64,000 bases of DNA from NCBI GenBank assembly GCA_030059675.1, contig JANVYQ010000001.1, positions 32,001-96,000 of the forward strand, read 5' to 3'. This DNA is from Candidatus Pelearchaeum maunauluense (GTDB lineage: Archaea; Thermoproteota; Nitrososphaeria_A; Caldarchaeales; Caldarchaeaceae). The notes beneath the pieces were generated by a model. That model was not told the DNA's origin and did not search any database. It saw only the letters and a program-made list of their open reading frames with translations. Shown piece after piece: positions 39,408 through 47,365 of this stretch; positions within the stretch are counted from its first letter, which is position 1, and each line of letters begins with the position of its first letter. The position numbers and the translations under genes are program-made.

Positions 39408-40541
39408 TTAGTGGGTTAGTTTCTTGAGATTTTTTACTATCTGCGTGGTAAATCTCCGCGGACTGAACCTAGCTGCGAATCTGATGGAATTTCTACTCAG
39501 CCGCCGCCACTCCTTCTCTGGCAGGGTTAGGGTTTTCTCGATGTATTTTACCAGTTGCTCATCATTCCTTGCTATATAGCCTGTCTGCCTGTGGCGCATG
39601 ACCTCGCAGAGGCCTGCTGGGTATCTTACTATTACAGGGCATCCCTGGCTCATCGCCTCTATCGGCGCCATACCGAAGTGCTCACCTACTCTTGGATGGA
39701 CATAGACCTTGGCAGTGCGGTAGAGCTCCAGTAGCTTCTGGCCGGAGACCGTTCCCAGGAACTCGACACCATCAGGCTGGTCAAGCTCGCCGCGTAGCTC
39801 GTCAAAGTAATAGCTGTGGCGCGGGTCTGTATAGCCAGCCAATACGAGGCGCGCGTCGGGTATCTTCCTCCTTATACTCCTAAACCACCGTATAAGCTCC
39901 TTCTGCCGCTTCAACGGCACGGTACGCGCGATGTATATTACTGTATTCTCACGCTCGCCGTCGGGCTCTGGCTTATTCTCTATGAAGAACCTGCTTATCC
40001 GCGGATATACCACAACGGCATTACGCTTCCAGTGCTGCTTTATGGCGCGTTGTGTCAGCTTAGAGTTGCAGAAGAGAAGGTCAACGCAGTGCACCAGCTT
40101 ATCAGCCAGCATGGGGAACCTATACCGCTGGATATACTCGTTGAGATTTACATCCGATATCTCCTCGTCGTATGGGAAGTGGACGTAGACCGCTGTCTTT
40201 AGTGGGTGGGGTGTCATTTTCATGAGCGCCGCGTAGGCTGTCTCCTGTATCACTACCAGCGACGCGTCTGGTTTGAATTCGTCTATTGCTTTCTTCAGAG
40301 CCTTATAGTCTGATATGAGTCTATCGGCCAGCTCATCCCCAAGTAGCTGGATGCGGTCTATCCAGTAGAGCTTTATCTCATCACGCCGCGGGAACCAGCT
40401 CTCCTCCATAGACGCCGTTACCAGCCCTACTTCATGCCCCATCTCAAGCAGCTCTGACACTAGGATACTCGTCATCCTCTCCGAGCCGCCCAGCATGTCC
40501 AGGTGAGGATGAGCCAGCAGTAGCTTCATAGGCTTACTCAC
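39408..40541 (-). CDS. GT4 glycosyltransferase
   Basis: GGSER, YVHFP, EHFGMAPIEAM. Confidence 0.9.
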   Translation of the reverse strand: MSKPMKLLLAHPHLDMLGGSERMTSILVSELLEMGHEVGLVTASMEESWFPRRDEIKLYWIDRIQLLGDELADRLISDYKALKKAIDEFKPDASLVVIQETAYAALMKMTPHPLKTAVYVHFPYDEEISDVNLNEYIQRYRFPMLADKLVHCVDLLFCNSKLTQRAIKQHWKRNAVVVYPRISRFFIENKPEPDGERENTVIYIARTVPLKRQKELIRWFRSIRRKIPDARLVLAGYTDPRHSYYFDELRGELDQPDGVEFLGTVSGQKLLELYRTAKVYVHPRVGEHFGMAPIEAMSQGCPVIVRYPAGLCEVMRHRQTGYIARNDEQLVKYIEKTLTLPEKEWRRLSRNSIRFAARFSPRRFTTQIVKNLKKLTH

Positions 40542-40622
40542 ATCCGCACTGGTATTAGGTGTTAAGATTGTCCTTACCCAATATAATTTTTAAATTGTGT
40601 AGGCCTGGGCTTCTATGGCTTG

Positions 40623-41636
40623 ATGCGGGCTGTGTTTATGACTGGGTATGGGAGGCCGCTGGAGGTTAGGGAGATTGAGGCCCCCAGGCCTGGAGCTGGC
40701 GAGGTTCTGGTCAGGCTTGAGATGACGGGGGCGTGTTATAGGGATATCCTCACCGTGGAGGGGTTCTTCCCCAAGGCTAGGCCGCCGCTCATACTTGGCC
40801 ATGAGATAGCTGGCAGGATTGCTGAGCTGGGTGAGGGTGTGGAGGGCTTCACCAAAGGCGAGCGCGTGGTCTCACTAACATATACGTACTGCGGCCAGTG
40901 TAGAAACTGCAAGTCAGGCAGGGAGAACATCTGTAGGAACAGGCTCTGGTACGGCGAGGATATGGACGGCTCGTATGCTGAGTATATTCGCGTAAAGGCT
41001 GGTTCTCTGGTCAAAGTCCCCGACGAAGTGCCGCCAGAGGGCGCGGCAATAGCTGCGTGTGTAACGGGGATGCTCATCCACGCTTTCCAACGCGTGGCTA
41101 AGCTCTCTGAGAACGAGACTGTGCTGGTTACTGGAGCTGGCGGGGGTGTTGGGATACATGCCGTACAGATAGCCAGAGCATTGGGAGCGCGGGTAATAGC
41201 CTTGACAAGCTCCCCAAGCAAGGTTGAGCAGATATCAAAGGCTGGTGCTGATGAGGTTTTAGTTCTCAGCGACAGGGTGGGTGAGGAGATTAAGCGCCTC
41301 ACGGGCGGCGAGGGCGTTGACCTAGTTCTGGAATCCGTAGGCCAGCTAACGTTCAGCGTATCGTTAAGAGCCTTAGCGTGGGGTGGGCGCATAGTTAATG
41401 TGGGAAACGTTAGCGCGTCTTCCGTTGAGATTCCACTAGGTCTTGTAATACTCCGCGAGAATATGGTCTCTGGCTCTATAAGCAGCACCAAGAAGGATGT
41501 TGAGCAGGCGTTGGAGATGACGGCGCGGGGGTTGATAAGACCTATAGTCACCGTGCTCCCGCTGGAGAAGGCTCAGGAGGCACACGAGTTGATGAAACGC
41601 CGCGAGAGCGTGGGGAGAATGCTCTTCAAGCCCTAA
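40623..41636 (+). CDS. Zn-dependent MDR dehydrogenase, acryloyl-CoA reductase-like
   Basis: ACYRD, LGHE, CGQCRNC..C, ACVTGM, GAGGGVG. Confidence 0.8.
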   Translation: MRAVFMTGYGRPLEVREIEAPRPGAGEVLVRLEMTGACYRDILTVEGFFPKARPPLILGHEIAGRIAELGEGVEGFTKGERVVSLTYTYCGQCRNCKSGRENICRNRLWYGEDMDGSYAEYIRVKAGSLVKVPDEVPPEGAAIAACVTGMLIHAFQRVAKLSENETVLVTGAGGGVGIHAVQIARALGARVIALTSSPSKVEQISKAGADEVLVLSDRVGEEIKRLTGGEGVDLVLESVGQLTFSVSLRALAWGGRIVNVGNVSASSVEIPLGLVILRENMVSGSISSTKKDVEQALEMTARGLIRPIVTVLPLEKAQEAHELMKRRESVGRMLFKP

Positions 41637-41638
41637 GC

Positions 41639-42052
41639 TTATGATTTACGCACATCATACCCAACTATCCTAAGCATCCAGCGAATCACATCCCTCTCAG
41701 TAACTATCCCAACGAGCCTCCCATTCTCAAGAACTGGAAGACGCCTTATACGATGCTCATGCATGAGCGTAAATGCTTTAAGTATGGGTGTGTCAGGTGT
41801 GCAGGTTATTAGAGGATTAGACATCACCTTCTTCACAGGCATGTTAAACAAATCTCTATACAAGACCAGCCCCCTCAATATATCCCGCTCAGTCAAGATA
41901 CCAACTGGAGAACCATCACGCACAACCACTACAGAGCCTATATCATGCTTGTTCATAACTTGCAGAGCATAGCTTATTGACGCGTCCTCGTCAACGCATA
42001 CGACTGGCGAGGACATGATGTCGCGGAGATAGCGCGGGAGGTCAATTATCAT
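41639..42052 (-). CDS. CBS domain protein
   Basis: Two CBS repeats (GILTERD, GIVTERD). Confidence 0.9.
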   Translation of the reverse strand: MIIDLPRYLRDIMSSPVVCVDEDASISYALQVMNKHDIGSVVVVRDGSPVGILTERDILRGLVLYRDLFNMPVKKVMSNPLITCTPDTPILKAFTLMHEHRIRRLPVLENGRLVGIVTERDVIRWMLRIVGYDVRKS

Positions 42053-42334
42053 ACGGATTACATAGATGGGTTGATGATATTAACCATAGTAGAGGAAGGC
42101 TACTATCCCTCTAAAGAGAAGATGACTAGCATCGTATCACATGCTTCTTCCGAAGAGCTTAGGCTATTATCGCTGGATTAGAATAACAATTACGGTTATT
42201 CTTCATCCAGGCTTAGGCCTTATGGTAAGGCCAAGCTTATGATGTCTCGGATATTTCTGGAGTATTAGCCATGGTAGCTGTGTTGGTGTTTTCTTAAACT
42301 CTTTAACTATCGGCTCACATATTATACTTGTTGG

Positions 42335-43135
42335 ATGGCTGGCGCGGTTGAGCGGCTCTCCACGGGCGTTGCTGGGATAGACGCGATGCTTGAACGAGGA
42401 ATACCACGCGGCTTTCTGGTTGCTGTAACGGGGGAACCTGGATGCGGTAAGACGATATTCTCAATACACTTCATAAATCGCGGGATAGAGGAGAAGGATA
42501 AGTGCATCTACGTAACCACTGAGGAGTCGCGCGAGTCCATAGTGAAGCAGGCGGCTCAGTTTAACATGGATTTTGAGACGGCGGTAAAGGAGCGTAGCCT
42601 GATTATCATAGACGCCTTGATGGGGCGTGAGGATAGGTGGTCTCTTAACTCGCTTGATGTGGAGACTCTTGTGAGTAAGATTGTTGAAGCCAAGAAGGAG
42701 CTGGGATATGGGAGGGCTCGTGTAGTTGTTGACTCGCTCTCAGCATTCTGGCTGGACAAGCCAGCCATGGCTAGGCGCTACTCATACTACGTGAAGAAGG
42801 TTCTGTCAAAGTGGGACTTCACGATGCTGGCCATTAGCCAATATGCGATAACCACGTCAGACGCGTTCGGCTTCGGTATAGAGCATATAGCTGATGGTAT
42901 CATAAGGTTTAGGAGGGCTGTTAGGGATGGTGTTCTCAAGCGGTATATCCTAGTGGAGAAGATGCGCCAGACGAATCATAGTACGCGGGTGCATGAAATA
43001 GCGATAAAGCCAGGTGTGGGGCTGGTTGTTGAGGAGAAGTTAGAAGCTGGCCGTGAGGATTACTCTCTACCTTCTGAGGTTATGGGGAGGATTGTTGCTG
43101 CAAAGAAGAAGGCTGAGAGGTCGCTTCCTCCTTAG
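42335..43135 (+). CDS. KaiC-like RecA-superfamily ATPase (single domain)
   Basis: LSTGVAGID, GEPGCGKT, YVTTEE, VVDSLS, EKMR. Confidence 0.9.
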   Translation: MAGAVERLSTGVAGIDAMLERGIPRGFLVAVTGEPGCGKTIFSIHFINRGIEEKDKCIYVTTEESRESIVKQAAQFNMDFETAVKERSLIIIDALMGREDRWSLNSLDVETLVSKIVEAKKELGYGRARVVVDSLSAFWLDKPAMARRYSYYVKKVLSKWDFTMLAISQYAITTSDAFGFGIEHIADGIIRFRRAVRDGVLKRYILVEKMRQTNHSTRVHEIAIKPGVGLVVEEKLEAGREDYSLPSEVMGRIVAAKKKAERSLPP

Positions 43136-43523
43136 GATGCTCTTTACCAGCCTCAGAGGCGGTAGTCGCTGCGGGTTTTGATATCCTCGCCACTACTTGG
43201 AGAACTATGGCGGCAACTACAGCACCCCATAGGATATAGCCGTCTAAGCCAAAACCACCAGCGAGGCTGGGAGCGGTCATCATAATGAGCGTGAGCAGCA
43301 CCATTCCAGCCACTCCGAGTATGCCGCATATTCTTGCATAGCTTCCTAGGATACCAGCTATAGCCAAGAGCGCGGACGAGGCTATAATCAGTATAGCGGT
43401 CATCCCAGCGGAGACGCCGCCAGCTCTAAACGCGCCCATCCCAGCGTCGGAGAGAACCAGCGAGTAAAGAGAGTAGCTTGAGCCACTCCATATTGGAAGG
43501 TTGAACAAAGCTATGAGAAGCAC
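43080..43523 (-). CDS. Hypothetical membrane protein
   Basis: 4 hydrophobic segments; start uncertain. Confidence 0.55.
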   Translation of the reverse strand: MLLIALFNLPIWSGSSYSLYSLVLSDAGMGAFRAGGVSAGMTAILIIASSALLAIAGILGSYARICGILGVAGMVLLTLIMMTAPSLAGGFGLDGYILWGAVVAAIVLQVVARISKPAATTASEAGKEHPKEEATSQPSSLQQQSSP

Positions 43524-43690
43524 GAAGCCTATAGCAGTACCAGCGAGTATCGTTATACGCGCACCGAGCGTAATGCGGTTCTATAGCAATCCTAGATAAA
43601 TCTTTAAAGACGACTCATAACGTATTAACAATCTGCCTGATTTTTATGAAGTCTTTTTATTAGCGCTTCTGCATAAATCATGATTTAAGC

Positions 43691-44692
43691 ATGAGGACGC
43701 TGCTTCTCACGCATTCCGACGTTAAGAAAGTTCTCTCGGACATGGGGCGTGTTATTGAGGTTGTGGAGACAGCGTTTAGGGATAAGGGGCTTGGGAAGGT
43801 TCAGATGCCAGCTAAGGTGTATCTAAACTTCAGCAAATACAACGGCGACCTACGTGCCATGCCATCATACCTGGAGAGCCTAGACATAGCCGCCGTAAAG
43901 ATAGTAAATTCACACCCAGACAACAGGAAGCTACACGGCCTCCCCACAGTAATGGCCGTTTTGACACTCGTTGACCCGCGCACAGGGTTCCCACTAGCCA
44001 TAATGGACGGGACGTTCCTCACGAGCATGCGCACAGGCGCGGCTGGCGGTGTTGCGGCAAAATACCTCGCCAACCCAAAGCCGCGGACAGTAGCCATGAT
44101 AGGCGCTGGGACACAGGCACGCACACAACTAAACGCCCTCATGACAGTATTCAAAACCATAGAGACGGTCAAGGTTTACGACATCTCACAAGCAGCGGCG
44201 CGCTCATACATAGATGAGATGAGCAGACAGTATTCAGGCGTGGATTTCATCATGGCCGAGAATCCCTCAGAGGCAGTGAAGTCAGCTGACATAATCACCA
44301 CAACAACACCATCCAAGTCTCCCATAGTGAGTGCATCAGCGGTTGAGGAGGGGATGCACTTCAACTGCATAGGAGCAGACGCCCCAGGAAAAGAAGAGCT
44401 AGACCCAGAGATACTGAAGAGAGCCAAGATAGTGGTAGATGATTTTGAGCAGGGAATCCACGGGGGAGAGGTTAACGTCCCGATATCCAGGGGGATCATA
44501 AGACGCGAAGACATCTATGGAGAGCTTGGCGAGATAATAGCTGGGCTGAAGGCTGGAAGAGAGAAGGAAAACGAGATAACAGTGTTCACCTCAACTGGCT
44601 TGGCTATACAAGACGCTGTTACAGCCAAGCTGGTCTACGACCTGGCCCGCGAGCAGAATATAGGAATGACCTTGGATATTGTTGGAGTGTAG
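43691..44692 (+). CDS. ala: Alanine dehydrogenase (ornithine cyclodeaminase/mu-crystallin family)
   Basis: QMPAKVYL..GDLRAMP, KIVNSHP, RTGAAGG, GADAPGKEELD, STGLAIQD. Confidence 0.85.
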   Translation: MRTLLLTHSDVKKVLSDMGRVIEVVETAFRDKGLGKVQMPAKVYLNFSKYNGDLRAMPSYLESLDIAAVKIVNSHPDNRKLHGLPTVMAVLTLVDPRTGFPLAIMDGTFLTSMRTGAAGGVAAKYLANPKPRTVAMIGAGTQARTQLNALMTVFKTIETVKVYDISQAAARSYIDEMSRQYSGVDFIMAENPSEAVKSADIITTTTPSKSPIVSASAVEEGMHFNCIGADAPGKEELDPEILKRAKIVVDDFEQGIHGGEVNVPISRGIIRREDIYGELGEIIAGLKAGREKENEITVFTSTGLAIQDAVTAKLVYDLAREQNIGMTLDIVGV

Positions 44693-44805
44693 AATTGTGT
44701 ATGAATTGGAAATGTTTTGGGAATTAGGTTAAATCTCCAACCCAATAATGGGAGTTGGCTGAAGGCTAATTACTGCATGGCGCAGCTGCTACAGGTGATT
44801 GGGAG

Positions 44806-45515
44806 TTGGTGACGGAGCTGCGGGGAGGGCTAGTTGCTGGCATAACCGCTGGCGCAGTAGCTATAGCGCTCTCATACGCTCTACGCATGACATTCTGCGC
44901 TGTTTTCCTCCCAGAGATAGCAGCACAGACATTATTCACACTAACACCAAGCGAGATTGAATCTCAGCTAGTAACATCACTAGGATACTTAGCAAAATAC
45001 TCAGCGATAGCGGGATCCGTAATAGTTAATCTCATAATCTAAGGCCTTCTGGGTAGGTTCTTAATCGGCGTTTCAAGTAGTGTTGATACACGATTCGAGA
45101 ATCTGAAGCCACTAATTTACTCCACCGCTTCATTCCTGCTATTCTTCACAATAGCGCTGGTTCTTATCGGCTTAACCGAGATTATCACAACACCAGCCGA
45201 CACGGCAACCATAGCTCTACAAATGATAATCCCCAACATAGCTTATGGCTACCTACTGCACGGAGCCGCGACGCTACAAGCAAAGCCGCGTAGAATAGTG
45301 TGCGAGGCGAGGCTCGGCCAGGAGGCCAGCTACCGTAGGAGGCTTTTCATAAAAACCGCGCCGATAACAGTTGTGGCAGCTACGCTGGCCGTATATAGCT
45401 TAGCGACACTTCTCGCATCACGGCAACCCAACAAAACTGTGGGAAACATATAAGCGCAGCAAGGCGACGATTTATTCAAAACACCCATAGTATCTAAAAT
45501 CGCTGAGTATGAGGT
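44806..45515 (+). pseudogene. N-terminal membrane part of a probable sulfite-oxidase-family molybdoprotein, with stops and truncated
   Basis: One frame with TAA at 45040 and 45451; TM region (FLPEIAAQTLFTLTPSEIES), RRRLFIK motif, breaks at ...AEYEV where the catalytic domain would start. Confidence 0.5.
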
Positions 45516-45764
45516 AATTCTACGGTTGGGTTCGGCTGGTTTTTGTACGACTTGTCTGGCATTGGCTGGCTGTGGGGGTGATTTTAGCTGCTCTACAAAC
45601 CGCTTTAGTGTCTCCTCATCAGCTTGTGCGAATATGGCTACCGAGCCGTCTGGCATGTTCTCCACATATCCAGAGACACCAAGCTCATGAGCTAGCTCCA
45701 GCACATAGCGCCTATACCCAACACGCTGTACACCGCCCAAGACGCGGATAGTAAGAGCTCACAA
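45515..45764 (-). pseudogene. Acylphosphatase with stop near the start and truncated C-terminus
   Basis: L*ALTIRVLGGVQRVGYR...GYVENMPDGSV. Confidence 0.7.
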
Positions 45765-45809
45765 CAAACCAGCAATAGAACAACACTACAACCTATATAG
45801 CGTTGTCGT

Positions 45810-45913
45810 TGGTGGGGCCGCCCGGATTTGAACCGGGGACCTCGCGGGCCTTAGCTCCCCCTCTCTATCTGTGGGCCGAGCCGCGTATCATAGCCATGCT
45901 AGACCACGGCCCC
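45810..45913 (-). tRNA. tRNA-Pro(CGG) with 26-nt intron at position 35/36 (45851-45876); CCA encoded
   Basis: Acceptor GGGGCCG/CGGCCCC-ACCA, T-loop TTCAAAT, anticodon stem CGCGG/CCGCG; removing the BHB-defined intron gives loop CT-CGG-GC. Confidence 0.9.
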
Positions 45914-45949
45914 TGATATGCGTTGATGTCTTCTGGTATATTTGTTTGA

Positions 45950-46708
45950 TTATTCTATTCTTGGCGCTATTAGGTATTCCAGCTTTCCTGAGGGGATTGG
46001 GAAGGCTAGCTTTATGGGCCTGTTGGTGGATAGCTCTATTACCGTCTCGTCTGCTAGGCTCTTTCCTGGCTTTATTATCTTCTCCAAGTAGGTGAGGCTG
46101 AAGTTGGCGCTCACTTCCTTGTCGGTCTCTATCTCGTATACCGCCGTGCCACCTCTTATGAACCGCGTCTGATGCGTGCCCAGCTCGCCTTTGCTTGAGA
46201 ACATAACAGCGTCGGGAGCTATTGTTACTTTGGTGTAGTCGCTTACTAGTGATGCGTCCTCTATAGCGTCTTTAAGCGCGTCCGCGTTTACCCGCGCCCG
46301 CGCCTCGAAGGTAAGGTTTGGCGTAGCTGTTTTTCCTGTAGCCGTCTCTAGAGCGTTTAGTGTGAAGCTTCTCTCGGTTGAAGCGGCTGGATTGGCGAGT
46401 ATGACCGTCAGGTTCTTCTTCTCGTCATCATACTCCAGTATGAGCGACTCATTCTTCCTAGCGCGACTCAGCAGTTTATACAGCTCGTTTATGCTGACAG
46501 TCATCTCAACTGGCCTCTCACAGCTATACTCCTCTGCGGCAGACTTGCTAAGCTCAAAATTCACCAAGCTAATGTGGGCTGGGTCCATCGAGGTAAGCCG
46601 CATGGATGAGCCGTCTATGGTGAATGTTCCCTCCTCTACTACCGCTGAGATTGCCTTGACTAGGTCTGCGAAGTAGTCCGCTGATGGTAACCTCATGCGA
46701 AACGCCAT
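45950..46708 (-). CDS. pcn: DNA polymerase sliding clamp PCNA
   Basis: SMDPAHISLV, FSLTYL, YLIAPRIE. Confidence 0.95.
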   Translation of the reverse strand: MAFRMRLPSADYFADLVKAISAVVEEGTFTIDGSSMRLTSMDPAHISLVNFELSKSAAEEYSCERPVEMTVSINELYKLLSRARKNESLILEYDDEKKNLTVILANPAASTERSFTLNALETATGKTATPNLTFEARARVNADALKDAIEDASLVSDYTKVTIAPDAVMFSSKGELGTHQTRFIRGGTAVYEIETDKEVSANFSLTYLEKIIKPGKSLADETVIELSTNRPIKLAFPIPSGKLEYLIAPRIE

Positions 46709-46932
46709 AACACTACCCCGACTGTTTTGTTAGTGTTTGTGTATCTGGTTCTTAAAAGGCTAACGGAGTCTGGCCTAGCTCGCGGGGTTGGCCAGGCCCT
46801 CTGCCTTCTCCAACAGTCAACGCCGCGTGTTCTCAGGTTATGACTCTGAGATTATGTTTGGGTGCGTTGGCCATCTAACGGATATATGCACGCAGTTGGG
46901 CTAGGCGGCCTGGAATGCGCGTGTAGCTAGGT

Positions 46933-47349
46933 ATGAGGAGCTCTAGGCGGCGTATCAAGCTGGAGATGGTGAATGAGGAGGGCGAGAGGCTTACGCTGAT
47001 ATTTGAGGGTAGGATGAGCCGCGAGAAGCTTCTCCAGCTAGCGGACTTCATGGAGCTCTATGGAGGCGAGAGCGGGGCTAGGCAGAGGCCGTCCAACAAG
47101 CTGTCGCGCCTAATCGCAGTTATAGAGAAGCACTTCCCATTCACGGGCTTCACAACCCGCGATGTTATGGAGGCGTATAGGCTTGAGTACCGCGAGCCGA
47201 TAACGCTCAGCACAGCATCAACCTACCTCTCCCGTCTAGCTGACCGCGGCTATCTAGAGCGTATAGCCGTGGGAAACATAGCCAAGTATAGATTGGTCAG
47301 CAGCGTCGAGAGGCGGGGCGGAATAGACCTGGAGGAGATTGGCAGTTAG
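46933..47349 (+). CDS. Winged-helix DNA-binding hypothetical protein
   Basis: FTTRDVMEAY...LSTASTYLSRLADRGYLER. Confidence 0.75.
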   Translation: MRSSRRRIKLEMVNEEGERLTLIFEGRMSREKLLQLADFMELYGGESGARQRPSNKLSRLIAVIEKHFPFTGFTTRDVMEAYRLEYREPITLSTASTYLSRLADRGYLERIAVGNIAKYRLVSSVERRGGIDLEEIGS

Positions 47350-47365
47350 ATAAGAAAAAGGGAGA

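Noticed and set aside
42335-43135. KaiC as a circadian clock component
   Set aside because: Single-domain KaiC-like ATPases are common in archaea; no kaiA/kaiB nearby
46780-46810. GGTTGGCCAGGCCC as SRP RNA helix 8
   Set aside because: No GGAA tetraloop/AGCA partner and the region is too short for archaeal 7S RNA
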